From assembly GCA_031414955.1 (NCBI GenBank), contig JANOQV010000040.1, forward strand, positions 1 through 64,000: a stretch of 64,000 nt of DNA. Reading direction: 5' to 3'. Origin of the DNA: Pedosphaera sp. Lineage in GTDB: Bacteria > Verrucomicrobiota > Verrucomicrobiia > Limisphaerales > SIBH01. A model generated the notes under the pieces. It had not been told where the DNA came from. It searched no databases and saw only the letters and a program-made list of their open reading frames with translations. The position numbers and the translations under genes are program-made. Below are positions 30,301 through 38,489 of the stretch, in pieces (the stretch's first letter is position 1; every line of letters starts with the position of its first letter).

Positions 30301-31992
30301 TCGGTCATTATCACCGAAGTCATGTATCGTCCGCCCGATTTCGGCGGCGTGGACAATGATCTCGATGAGTTCATCGAGATTGTGAACATCGGCGCGTCGC
30401 CCGTGCCGCTCTACAGTCCGGCGCTGCCCACCGACACCTGGCACTTGCGCCACGCGGTCGATTTCGATTTCCCGATGAACCTCGAGCTGGCCGTGGGCGA
30501 AATCATCCTCGTCGTCGGCTTTGACCCGACCAATACCGTCGCGCTCGCGGATTTTCAGGCGCGCTACCAGGTCAATCCGTTGGTGCGCGTCTTCGGGCCG
30601 TGGTCCGGCCAGCTCGACAACTCTGGCGAAGACGTGGAGTTGAACCGCCCGCTCGCGCCGGGAACCAACGGAACTGTTTACGTGCGCGCGGATCAAGTTG
30701 GCTACGCCGACCATGCGCCCTGGGCGGCGGCGGCGGATGGCTACGGTCCGTCGTTGCAGCGCACGCCGCTGGTTTCCTTCGGCGATGATCCAGGGAGTTG
30801 GTCAGCGGCGACGGCCAGCGCTGGGGCGGCTTTCCCTGGCGGCTCCGCTCCGTTCATCACGGCGGGACCAGCCAGTGCTTCCGTCATTGGTGGACGTAGT
30901 ACGAATTTCTCGGTCGCGGCCTCGGGCCCGGCGCTGCGTTACCAATGGCGCATGGAGGGCGCGAACCTTCCCGGCGCGACCAATGGCACGCTTGCTTTGA
31001 GCAACATCCAGATCACGCAGGCTGGCGATTATCATGTGGCCGTGTTCAACGCGGCCGGCTCAGAGGTCAGCACCCATGCGCATCTCACCGTGCTCACGCC
31101 GGTGCTCTTCATCCTTCAACCCACCAACCAGAACGTGCTGAATGGCACCAACGTCACGCTCGTCTCGGCGGCCGTGGGCCATGGTCCCGTCACCTACCAG
31201 TGGCGCAACAATGGCACCAACATTCCCAACGCCACCAACGCGAGCCACAGTTTCAGCCCGGCCACGCTGGCCTTCGGGCACGGCAACTGGCAGGTCACGG
31301 CCTCGGATGCGCTGAGTTCCACCGACAGCTCGAATGCCTTTATCTTTGTGCTCGTCCGGCCCGGCATCATCCTCCAGCCGATGCCCCAGGCCGTGGGGCC
31401 GGGCCAGAGTGCGCTCTTCGTTTGCGTGGCCACCGGTGCGCCGCCCATTGTGTTCCGCTGGCTGACCAACGGCGTGGGCAGTGCCACCAACACCAGTGGC
31501 GTGTTCGTGTTCCCGAACGTCCAGGCCAGCTTGAGCGTGCGCGCCGTGGTCCAGAATGTGGCTGGGAGCGTGAACAGCAGCACCGTGGCCCTGACCGTCT
31601 GGCGCGACTTCGATGGTGATGGCATCGCGGATAATTGGGAGACGAACTACTTCGGCTTCAGCACCAACAGCGCCGCCGACGGTCTGCTGGACTTCGACGG
31701 TGACGGCCTGAACAACCACGACGAGTTCGTCGCCGGGACCAACCCGACCAATGCCCTGAGCGTCTTGAAACTGGTACGGAACGCGACCAACGCGAGCCTG
31801 CTTCAGTTCACCGCCCAGACGAACAAGACTTATACCGTCGTTTGCCGGACCAATCTGACGAGCGCGTGGTGGGTCGGGGTGACGAATATCTTCCCGGCCA
31901 TTACCGTGCGGACCATCGAGGTGAATTCCGCCTTCAGCCCAGCCCTGGACCCGGAGCGATACTACCACGTGCTGACGCCGATGAACCCATAG
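24340..31992 (+). CDS. Giant secreted protein: lamin-tail domains, L-type-lectin-like domains, CotH kinase-like domain, chitobiase/FN3-like, Ig domains, DxDGDG repeats, shared C-terminal module
   Basis: Signal peptide; four ITE/INE...IE..N LTD motifs; IRYTIDGT.P; CotH-like Y.GVYVLLEKI, NIDGY, PIWDWNLSWGN; YQWR Ig motifs; start 24340 or 24346. Confidence 0.88.
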   Translation: MLMSLRILSVLVLLISSLTHLRAADQVVITEFMAANSFTLADEDGGFSDWVEIYNADTNTVNLDGWSLTDNDGNLTKWQFPSTNMAPHTFLVVFASGKNRRVPGAPLHANFSLNAGGEYLALVRPDGVTIASEFAPQFPNQFSDVAFGFVMTGSTATLLPAGAGARALVPGSDIGTAWRGMNYDDSAWTTGTTGAGYDQGTNYLPGLGLNIGAVMSNVNASAYLRVPFEVSDPAQYEALTLRIRYDDGFIAYLNGTEVARRNAPVSPTWNSTATTGHGAPPPAAQVEDFEGSALNYTLNQYGTAPAPSVQLAGAGSTGRFLRLLTDPVNNQFNTVTFRQAAPGLFETITASFDFRGSDAAANPADGFAFMLIPTSVYGTNGPGLTVQPSFGVEEPNYPGVFAVGFDAYPHGTQNDVSVHWNGAELNNVTMPRAILDLISNQFHRVTITLQYVAGGARVTVRFVGDINGVPAAAYTPINNFFVPGLNPYQCRAQIAGRTGGADFSLDLDNLNLQFQPAAGLIAFEDIDLPAGLGVLAAGSNVLAIQGLNLTVADSDFLIEPQLVFANFGLTTNATFIAPATPGAWNNVSGAGTVAPVVFSPPPGVYSSNTLAVTLASASSSAEIRYTIDGTSPTASSLLYSGAITFGSNRVIRARAFAPGQVESEVTAGNYVLLDAGLTNFTSNLPLVIIDSLGGTIVAEVQIPTYVVFINTNGPGNRASMNGPFDYRGRAGVELHGQSSLGFPKQSMNLETDNEKDNDKAVSLLGLPKGSDWVLYAPYTDKTLMNDLLTYELHEAMGHYAVRRKFVEVFVRSTPGRLGTNDYRGVYVLLEKIRIDNDRVDISEPQSGEPGDPITGGYIFKRDKGSPGMVEFTTLNQPYTVAINGVSMQYHDPRGDELNPAQRSWLTNHLNEFETSLYGANWRDPLVGYLKYIAPASFVDQHWIVEFPKNIDGYRLSDYMHLDRGGKIKMEPIWDWNLSWGNANYLEGGLTNGWYHTQLGGGDDIWLSRLRTDPDFYQRIIDRWGELRTDVFALSNLLARVDRITNQLWEAQSRDFGRWPRLSAYVWPNPDGANLVPTGTDGTVATWHVNYATPGTYQNLIAEMKNWIRGRHAWIDARFVIKPALSLPPGSITPGALLSLSAPTGSVYYTLNNTDPRAAGGGVSSAAILYSGPITLQSNAGVMARAFHTNSWSPPASGVYVVSPPTLAITEIMFHPQDVPTNSPYGQEEFEFIEIKNTGLTTLNLQGARLAGGIEFTFQPSVLVPGGLPTTHDFDTVETQFTASTLNSGPGATVTGGGPDGNFLRLVHSGSTSVTRNRVAFSQTASGPYARLTADFDFRATTITPPATNGPASVQTFDAAGAAFTLGGVAAVTPANTGSSGSFLQLVPSAGSLVGTVGFERTATGAWNTVVASFDFRITPPSEANQADGMSFAFLNTANFGVAGAAPGMSEEMNLANTIGIGIDDYNNAEINNNHLSVHWNNAIVGTPYTPPFDFSNGQFHRAQVTIRFSGGAAFVTVRLTPDINGTPGQTVTLVQNLQINGVPPYEGRAAFGARTGGQWASHDIDNLNIQYSTDTGAAAGVSLALLPVNRFGNAGVGSTLAHYTDAPLVTNGLSMDLAFNGSNTANDVTFYYDRVALAAVSLPIGVLDLDEDVFHRASLTVQRASGGSYVTLSLTPNSQVAPGLPNTVVSNLYVLGLLPENARVELAGRNGGLNAALDVESVYVQYYDYASLLLAPGECILVVKNIAAFESRYGTGYRIAGEYSGTLDNSGDHIVLLGPVGEVILDFTYSDDWYHLTDGLGFSLVNANPGGPGAGYGSSTNWRGSSYQGGSPGAFDPVLNLAPILINEILANSILPEVDRIELFNPTTNDVNIGGWFLTDDWNSPKKFRIPNGTVISNGGFIVFHEGVFNPTPGLGSSFALGSDGDEVWLFSGDAATNLTGYVHGFDFGGSDENVSFGRYLDSAGGEHFPAQFVNTFGGPNSGPRLGSVIITEVMYRPPDFGGVDNDLDEFIEIVNIGASPVPLYSPALPTDTWHLRHAVDFDFPMNLELAVGEIILVVGFDPTNTVALADFQARYQVNPLVRVFGPWSGQLDNSGEDVELNRPLAPGTNGTVYVRADQVGYADHAPWAAAADGYGPSLQRTPLVSFGDDPGSWSAATASAGAAFPGGSAPFITAGPASASVIGGRSTNFSVAASGPALRYQWRMEGANLPGATNGTLALSNIQITQAGDYHVAVFNAAGSEVSTHAHLTVLTPVLFILQPTNQNVLNGTNVTLVSAAVGHGPVTYQWRNNGTNIPNATNASHSFSPATLAFGHGNWQVTASDALSSTDSSNAFIFVLVRPGIILQPMPQAVGPGQSALFVCVATGAPPIVFRWLTNGVGSATNTSGVFVFPNVQASLSVRAVVQNVAGSVNSSTVALTVWRDFDGDGIADNWETNYFGFSTNSAADGLLDFDGDGLNNHDEFVAGTNPTNALSVLKLVRNATNASLLQFTAQTNKTYTVVCRTNLTSAWWVGVTNIFPAITVRTIEVNSAFSPALDPERYYHVLTPMNP

Positions 31993-32138
31993 CGGAGCCG
32001 ACGGCTGCCTTGTGCGCGCAGTCTTGCTGGCCCGATCGTTCTGGGGACGGCGGCCTGGCCCGTACTTTCCCCGACGTCGGCTCGCGTTCCGCCCGGATTA
32101 CATTTTGGCCGTCCCGCACGTAGTCTGGTGACGTTTCA

Positions 32139-32423
32139 ATGACAATGAACATCGTGCTGCGACATAAAGTGTCTGGTCTGTATTATCAGGCGGCGGGTAA
32201 ATGGGTGCGGCGTTCGGATAACGCCTGTGTCTTCAAGAGTGCCCGGGCGGCTCGGCTCTACTTGAAATTGAACCAGTTGCGGGAGGCGCAGCCCGTGCCC
32301 CGGCTGGCCCCGTACCTCATGGCGATGTTGCACCGCCCGAGTCCCAGCATCTGGCAAATCTGGAGCCGCGGCGCTGCTTCGGGCTGGGACGGAAAAAAGT
32401 CCAGCCACTTCAACCGGAACTGA
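32139..32423 (+). CDS. Small hypothetical protein
   Basis: 94-aa ORF filling an intergenic gap; N-terminal VLRH..SGLYY...W...A..F pattern; function unknown. Confidence 0.5.
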   Translation: MTMNIVLRHKVSGLYYQAAGKWVRRSDNACVFKSARAARLYLKLNQLREAQPVPRLAPYLMAMLHRPSPSIWQIWSRGAASGWDGKKSSHFNRN

Positions 32424-32585
32424 CCAGCGACTCCGGCTTGGATCCAGACCCACGCCGGAAATGGTGCGCGTGATTGCTACTGGTAACAGTGCTTCACTCT
32501 TCAAGTTCCCCACCCGCGCAGCGTCCTAGAACGCAACGTGAAAACTCTCATTGCCCACCCATTTATGCGTCGATACGCTCGCTTC

Positions 32586-33644
32586 ATGCCCAAAGCAAAA
32601 CTTCTCAGCACAATCGCGTTCTGCCTCGCCGCCGCCGGACTCCTCCCTTTGCGCGCTGCCGAGGGCGTGACCATGACTCAGACTAATGACCGCGTACGGG
32701 TCGAGATCAACGGTGAACACTTCACCGACTATTTCTTCCGCATGAAGCAGCACCCGGCGCTGATGACGGACAAGAGCGGCATCACCACGACCAACCCGAC
32801 CAAGCACACTTACTTTTATCCGCTCATCGGTCCGGGCGGCGTGAACATGACGCGCAGTTGGCCGATGAAGCCTGATGCCGAAGGCGAAGAGAAGGACCAC
32901 CCGCATCATCGCTCGCTGTGGTTTGCGCACGGTGCGGTCAATGGCGTGGACTTCTGGGCCGAGACGCTGAAGGCCGGCAAGATTCAGCACGATCAATTCG
33001 TGGAAGTGAAATCCGGCGCGGACTCGGGCCACATCAAATCCACCTGCAAATGGGTCGCGCCCGATGGCAAGACCGTCTGCACCGACGAGCGCACTTTCCG
33101 CGTTTACAACCGGCCGGGGAAGGAGCGCCTCTTTGACTTCGAGATCACCATCAAAGCACCTGCGGATCGCGACGTGCTTTTTGGCGACACCAAGGAAGGC
33201 ACTATGGCCGTGCGCTTGAACGAGCAATTGCGCGTGACCCGCGGCAAGAAGGAGCCGGGCACCGGCCACATCGTGCTCAGCAGCGGCGTGCGCGACGACG
33301 CGCCGCCGGCCAAGGGCGATACGGTGACCTGGGGCAAACCCGCCGCGTGGTGCGACTACTGGGGCAAGATCGATGGCAAGACTCTCGGCCTCGCCATCTT
33401 CGATCATCCGTCCAATCCCGTTCACCCCACGACCTGGCATGTGCGCGACTACGGGTTGTTCGCCGCCAATCCTTTCGGCATCCATGACTTCGAGAAGAAG
33501 CCGCCGGGCACGGGTAACCTCAACATCCCGGCCGGCAAGAGCGTGACCTTCAAGTATCGCTTCTACATCCATGAGGGGGACGAGAAGCAGGCCAAGGTCG
33601 CCGAGCGCTACCAGGAATACGCCAGCGGCACCGGCGCAAAATAA
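32586..33644 (+). CDS. Secreted DUF6807-type protein (often labelled PmoA family)
   Basis: Signal peptide; YFYPL, DHPHHRSLWFAHG, FGDTKEG, IFDHPSN...WHVRDYGLFAANPFG. Confidence 0.85.
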   Translation: MPKAKLLSTIAFCLAAAGLLPLRAAEGVTMTQTNDRVRVEINGEHFTDYFFRMKQHPALMTDKSGITTTNPTKHTYFYPLIGPGGVNMTRSWPMKPDAEGEEKDHPHHRSLWFAHGAVNGVDFWAETLKAGKIQHDQFVEVKSGADSGHIKSTCKWVAPDGKTVCTDERTFRVYNRPGKERLFDFEITIKAPADRDVLFGDTKEGTMAVRLNEQLRVTRGKKEPGTGHIVLSSGVRDDAPPAKGDTVTWGKPAAWCDYWGKIDGKTLGLAIFDHPSNPVHPTTWHVRDYGLFAANPFGIHDFEKKPPGTGNLNIPAGKSVTFKYRFYIHEGDEKQAKVAERYQEYASGTGAK

Positions 33645-33679
33645 TTTTTCGAGATCAACCGCCTCACAACAAACGAATC

Positions 33680-35140
33680 ATGAAATCACTCAATCGCCGC
33701 AGTTTCCTCAAGCGCACCGCGCTCGCATCCGCCGCCGTCAGTTGGACGGCGCGCTCCTGGTCCCAGATCGAAGGCTCCAACAGCGACGTGCGCGTCGCCG
33801 TGGTCGGCTTTGGCGGACGCGGCCAGAGCCATATCGATGGCTTTGGCAAGATGTCCGGCGTGCGTATCACTTCGCTCTGCGACGTGGACAGCACCGTCAT
33901 GGCCAAGGGCGTGGCGCAGTTCACCAAGCGCAACCAGGAAGTCGCGCAGTTCACCGACGTGCGCAAGATGCTTGAGAGCAAGAACGTCGATGTCGTCTCC
34001 ATCGCCACGCCCAACCACTGGCATGCCCTGGGCGGCATCTGGGCCATTCAGGCGGGCAAGGACGTTTACACGGAGAAACCTGTTTCGCATAACGTCTTCG
34101 AGGGGCGCCAGTTCGTGAACGCCGCGCGCAAGTACAAGAAGATCGTCCAGACCGGCACCCAGAGCCGCTCCTCCCGCACCGGCATCCAGGCTGCCGTGGA
34201 TTGGGTCAAGGCTGGCAACCTCGGCAAAATCCAAATTGCCCGCGGCCTCTGTTACAAGCCGCGCGGAAGCATTGGCCAGAACAGTGGCCCCCAGCCCGTG
34301 CCCGGCAGCATCGACTACGATCTCTGGTGCGGGCCTGCGCCGCTCGATCCGCCGCGCCGCAACAGCAAGAAGTTTGGCCCCATCCACTATGACTGGCACT
34401 GGTTCTGGGCCTACGGCAGCGGCGACCTTGGCAATCAGGGCATTCACCAGATGGACATCTGCCGCTGGTTCCTCGGCGAGATGGAACTCGCCCCCTACGT
34501 CATCAGCACCGGCGGCCGCCTTGGCTACGTGGATGACGCCGAGACGCCCAACACCCAGATTGTTTATCAGGGCTACGAGAAGGCTCCGCTCATCTTCGAG
34601 GTGCGCGGATTGCCGGAGTCCAAGGACGCCAAGGACATGGACAAATACAAGGGCGCCAACGTCGGCTGCGTCATCGAGTGCGAAGGCGGCTACGTGACCG
34701 TGCCCAATTACACCGGCGCCACGGCCCACGACAAGGATGGCAAGCAGATCCAGAAATGGTCCGGCTCCGAGGACCACTTCGCCAACTTCATCAAGGCCGT
34801 CCACAGCCGCAAGATCACCGACCTGCACGCCGACATTCTCGAAGGTCACCTCTCCAGCGCGCTTTGCCACACTGGCAACATCTCCTACCGCCTCGGCGCG
34901 AAGAAGAATCCGGGCGAGATCAAGGAGGCCCTCAAGGCGGACCGCGGCCTGAGTGAGAGCTTCGACCGCATGGCCGAGCACCTGGGCAAAAACGGCGTGG
35001 ACCTGGCCAAGGATCAACTCACCCTAGGTGTGCCGCTCAAGATGGACCCGAAGACGGAGAAGTTCCCCGGTAACGATGCCGCGAACGCCTTGCTCACTCG
35101 CAAGTATCGCGCGCCCTACATCGTGCCGGAAATTGTTTAG
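33680..35140 (+). CDS. Tat-exported Gfo/Idh/MocA oxidoreductase
   Basis: NRRSFLK Tat motif; VVGFGGRG, ATPNHWH, GKDVYTEKP, GDLGNQGIHQMD. Confidence 0.93.
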   Translation: MKSLNRRSFLKRTALASAAVSWTARSWSQIEGSNSDVRVAVVGFGGRGQSHIDGFGKMSGVRITSLCDVDSTVMAKGVAQFTKRNQEVAQFTDVRKMLESKNVDVVSIATPNHWHALGGIWAIQAGKDVYTEKPVSHNVFEGRQFVNAARKYKKIVQTGTQSRSSRTGIQAAVDWVKAGNLGKIQIARGLCYKPRGSIGQNSGPQPVPGSIDYDLWCGPAPLDPPRRNSKKFGPIHYDWHWFWAYGSGDLGNQGIHQMDICRWFLGEMELAPYVISTGGRLGYVDDAETPNTQIVYQGYEKAPLIFEVRGLPESKDAKDMDKYKGANVGCVIECEGGYVTVPNYTGATAHDKDGKQIQKWSGSEDHFANFIKAVHSRKITDLHADILEGHLSSALCHTGNISYRLGAKKNPGEIKEALKADRGLSESFDRMAEHLGKNGVDLAKDQLTLGVPLKMDPKTEKFPGNDAANALLTRKYRAPYIVPEIV

Positions 35141-35169
35141 TCACAGCTCGGTTGGTTGCTATCCACGGG

Positions 35170-35201
35170 TCCCCCGGGTGCGCGAGTGCCGGGGGATTTT
35201 T
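35170..35201 (+). terminator. Intrinsic terminator (copy 1 of a duplicated terminator)
   Basis: TCCCCCGG...CCGGGGGA-TTTTT. Confidence 0.75.
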
Positions 35202-35334
35202 GTTTCGCGAAGGAGATCAGGAAGTGAAGGGACAGGCAAAAAAGCAAGCGGCGGCAGCCTTGAACCTTCTGGCCGTCCCCACCACACTGCCGCGCATGGC
35301 AGAATCATCGCCCTGACCGCTCTCCGCACCGCTC

Positions 35335-35571
35335 GTGAGCACGCGAAAGCAAAATGAATCGAAGTTTGGCCAGTGGGAGGAACTTCCCGAAGGCGGGCGG
35401 CGCTATCGGTTGGATGTATCCGGTCGGTCGGGCTGGCTGGCGCGTTACATGAAGGAAGTGGATGGCAATGAAACGACGTTGCGTTTCTGGCAGGAGATTT
35501 ACGACCAATCGGGCCAACTGGTCGAGAAACACGAGAAATTCCCGGTGGATAAAGGCCACCAAAAAGCCTAG
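35335..35571 (+). CDS. Small hypothetical protein, candidate toxin of a two-gene pair
   Basis: 78 aa, GTG start, 9 nt from next ORF; QEIYD..G...HEKFP.D.GH C-terminus; toxin role is inference. Confidence 0.65.
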   Translation: MSTRKQNESKFGQWEELPEGGRRYRLDVSGRSGWLARYMKEVDGNETTLRFWQEIYDQSGQLVEKHEKFPVDKGHQKA

Positions 35572-35580
35572 GGTGCCGCC

Positions 35581-35841
35581 GTGACGATCACCAAGAAAAC
35601 TGTCGCCGACCAGATTGCTGCCTATCTCCACCACGAGATCACGCTGGCGCAGTTGGTGGATTGGTCGGAACACGCGCTTATGGACGGTGTGCTGGCGGAG
35701 CGCGATGCCCCGGTTCTTTCGTCCGTCGTGGCCCGCCTCGGCGTGGCCGACGTGCGCGCGTTCGGTCTGGCCTGGGAAGATTGCGAAGACTTGCTCCATC
35801 AACTCGGCTTTGCCCCGCGTGTGGAAGTGGTCCCCTCATAA
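35581..35841 (+). CDS. Small acidic hypothetical protein, candidate antitoxin/immunity partner
   Basis: 86 aa, acidic, predicted helical by eye, tightly linked to upstream ORF. Confidence 0.65.
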   Translation: MTITKKTVADQIAAYLHHEITLAQLVDWSEHALMDGVLAERDAPVLSSVVARLGVADVRAFGLAWEDCEDLLHQLGFAPRVEVVPS

Positions 35842-35865
35842 GACGGGTCTCCCCGCGCCGCCTAG

Positions 35866-35946
35866 AAATTTCCCGGCCACGACGCGGCGAACGCCTTACT
35901 CACCCGCAAGTATCGCGCGCCCTATATCGTGCCCGAGATTTCGTAA
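35866..35946 (+). pseudogene. Orphan duplicate of the Gfo/Idh/MocA gene 3' end
   Basis: KFPGHDAANALLTRKYRAPYIVPEIS* versus KFPGNDAANALLTRKYRAPYIVPEIV* at 35060-35140; preceded by an in-frame TAG. Confidence 0.9.
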
Positions 35947-35963
35947 TTTTGGTCAATGGTTGG

Positions 35964-35997
35964 AATCCCCCGGTGCGCGAGTGCCGGGGGATTTTTT
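35964..35997 (+). terminator. Intrinsic terminator (copy 2)
   Basis: AATCCCCCGG-tgcgcgagtg-CCGGGGGATT-TTTT, near-identical to 35170-35201. Confidence 0.8.
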
Positions 35998-36096
35998 GCG
36001 CCGCCGAGCCAAAGCGGCGATCCGTTTTGCCCGTTTACCAGCCTTAACCCGCGCGTCGGCTGGTCCGATACCAAGCGGTGTTGTGCTCATCCAGTT

Positions 36097-38385
36097 ATGA
36101 ATAGACATGCTCTCTGCTTACTGATGGCCGCGCTGCTCGGCGCGCGCAGCGCGGGCGCGCAGTTCTCCGGCACGGTCGAGGCGTGGGGGCGAAACGATTA
36201 TGGTCAGGTGAATGTACCTTTGGCCGCGCAAAGCGGAGTCATCGCGATTACGGCGGGAGGTTTGCATACGGCTGCCCTGAAATCCGATGGCAGCGTGCTG
36301 GCTTGGGGGCGCAGTTCTGAGGGCCAGATCGAGGTGCCCGTCGCGGCGCAGAGCGGAGTGACTTCAATCTCCGCCGGGATTTCTCACACTGTCGCCTTGA
36401 AGGAGAATGGAAGCGTGGTGGCGTGGGGAGCCGGCACCAACAACTGGGGATACATTCCCTATTTGGGCCAGTCGATCATTCCTGTGGCGGCGCAAAGTGG
36501 AGTGATCTCCATCGCGGCTGGAGGTTACCACACCCTGGCTCTGAAGATCGACGGGAGCGTAGTGGCATGGGGGGCGGGCAGCCCTGACTGGCCTTTCGAG
36601 CCACGGGAGCCGCACTTTGGTCAATCGGTCGTTCCCATGTCCGCACAAAGCGGAGTCACAGCGATTGCCGCGGGGGTGTATCACTCGGTGGCCCTGAAGA
36701 ATGATGGCAGCGTGGTGGTTTGGGGAAATGATTGGAATGGCAAAACAAATGTGCCTGTGGCGGCTCTGAGCGGGGTCGTTGCCATTGCCTCGGGAGACTT
36801 TCACATCGTGGCTCTTAGATCTGACGGCAGCGTGGTTGCATGGGGAGAAAACGGCATTGGCCAAACAGTCGTTCCCTCCACCGCGTTAAGCGGGGTAACG
36901 GCCATCGGTGCAGGATCAGCCCATACCCTGGCCGTGAAGAGTGACGGCACGTTGCTGGCGTGGGGCGATTACCTTTACGGGGAAACAAATGTGCCTCCTT
37001 CACCCGGCAGGATTGTGACTTCCATAACCGGTGGAGGATACCATTCTGTATTGCTGGCCGTTTCGACCGTTCCAGTGATCACGGTTCCACCTATCAGTCT
37101 GACCGTGTCCGAGGGCCACGCCGTCAGCTTCACCGTGGGAGCAAGCGGTTACCCGTTGTTTTATCAGTGGCGCAAGGACGGGACCAACCTCGCCGGGGCT
37201 ACGAATGCGTTTTGCAGTTTGGGAGTCGCGCAGAGCAATCAGGCCGGCAGTTATACCGTCAGGGTGAGCAACCTCCTCGGCGTTGTGACCAGCAGCCCAC
37301 CGGCGCTGCTGACGTGGAACGCAGCACCTTTTGGAACCGTGGTGGCCTGGGGATACGACTCGTACGGGCAATCGACCGTGCCCGTCGCGGCCCAGAGCGG
37401 AGTGAAGGCCATTGCGGCCGGAAGTTTTCACACCCTGGCCCTGAAGACGGACGGCAGCGTCGTGGCCTGGGGGCAGACAAACTATTATGGCTTACCGGGT
37501 AAAACCACGGTGCCATTGGCGGCGCAAAGCGGCGTCGTGGCGATTGCGGCGGGACAGGAGCACAGCGCAGCTTTGAAGCAGGACGGGACAGTGTGGGTGT
37601 GGGGAAACGGAGCCATTGGCGGAAGCAATGTAGCAGCACTGGGGGGTGCCAAAGCGATCGCGGCCGGGCTTTGGCACACCGTGGCCCTGAAGAGCAATGG
37701 CAGTGTGGTGGCGTGGGCACCCGGCGGTTTTGGCCCCGGTCCCATGCCCATTGCGGCGCAGAGCGGGGTCATGGCCATAGCTGCTGGAGATATTTCTGCC
37801 ATGGCGTTGAAAACCAACGGCAGCTTGATCATATGGGATGGCTGGAACAACTCCTATCCGATTCCACCAGAGGCTCAGAGCGGAGTGGTAGCCGTCGCTG
37901 GAGGCGGCCACTTCCTGGCCTTGAGGAGCGACAGCCGCGTGATCGATTGGGATATCAATGGCATCGGTGAAGCAATTGTTTCCCCGGTGGCCCAAAGCGG
38001 TGTCGTGGCAGCAGCGGCAGGGCAGTATCACAACGTGGTCTTGAGAAGCGACGGGCGAGTCGTGGCTTGGGGTCAAAACGATTTTGGCCAGACCAACGTA
38101 CCCGTCATCGCTCAGAGCGGCGTCATCGCCATCGCGGCCGGATACGGCCATACGGTGGCGCTCATCGGGAGTCCGCTTCCATTCACTGCTTTACGCGGGG
38201 ACAATGGAATGATCCTCACCTGGCCCACCAACGCCCCCGGCTTCACCTTGCAATCAACCACTGACCTGACGCCGCCAGTGAACTGGTTGGACGTCACCAA
38301 TCCGCCGGGGTTGCTCGGCGCGCAGTGGGCGGTGACCAATCCCTTCGCCAGCGGCGCGCGGTATTTTCGGCTGCGCAAGTTGTAG
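36097..38385 (+). CDS. Secreted RCC1-like repeat protein (two 7-repeat propellers, one Ig domain, shared C-terminal module)
   Basis: Signal peptide; repeated AQSGV.AIAAG..HT.ALK.DGSVVAWG; YQWRKDG Ig motif. Confidence 0.88.
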   Translation: MNRHALCLLMAALLGARSAGAQFSGTVEAWGRNDYGQVNVPLAAQSGVIAITAGGLHTAALKSDGSVLAWGRSSEGQIEVPVAAQSGVTSISAGISHTVALKENGSVVAWGAGTNNWGYIPYLGQSIIPVAAQSGVISIAAGGYHTLALKIDGSVVAWGAGSPDWPFEPREPHFGQSVVPMSAQSGVTAIAAGVYHSVALKNDGSVVVWGNDWNGKTNVPVAALSGVVAIASGDFHIVALRSDGSVVAWGENGIGQTVVPSTALSGVTAIGAGSAHTLAVKSDGTLLAWGDYLYGETNVPPSPGRIVTSITGGGYHSVLLAVSTVPVITVPPISLTVSEGHAVSFTVGASGYPLFYQWRKDGTNLAGATNAFCSLGVAQSNQAGSYTVRVSNLLGVVTSSPPALLTWNAAPFGTVVAWGYDSYGQSTVPVAAQSGVKAIAAGSFHTLALKTDGSVVAWGQTNYYGLPGKTTVPLAAQSGVVAIAAGQEHSAALKQDGTVWVWGNGAIGGSNVAALGGAKAIAAGLWHTVALKSNGSVVAWAPGGFGPGPMPIAAQSGVMAIAAGDISAMALKTNGSLIIWDGWNNSYPIPPEAQSGVVAVAGGGHFLALRSDSRVIDWDINGIGEAIVSPVAQSGVVAAAAGQYHNVVLRSDGRVVAWGQNDFGQTNVPVIAQSGVIAIAAGYGHTVALIGSPLPFTALRGDNGMILTWPTNAPGFTLQSTTDLTPPVNWLDVTNPPGLLGAQWAVTNPFASGARYFRLRKL

Positions 38386-38489
38386 CTGATTCGTATCAGT
38401 CGGAACATGGGCGGAGGAGTGGGCAGAGGGCGGCAACTTGCGCTTCGCCGGTTTTATTGAACCACAGAACCAAGTTGCGACCGGGCTGG

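Noticed and set aside
32586..33644. Particulate methane monooxygenase subunit (PmoA label)
   Set aside because: Soluble secreted protein without TM helices or pmoCAB context; neighbours suggest sugar catabolism
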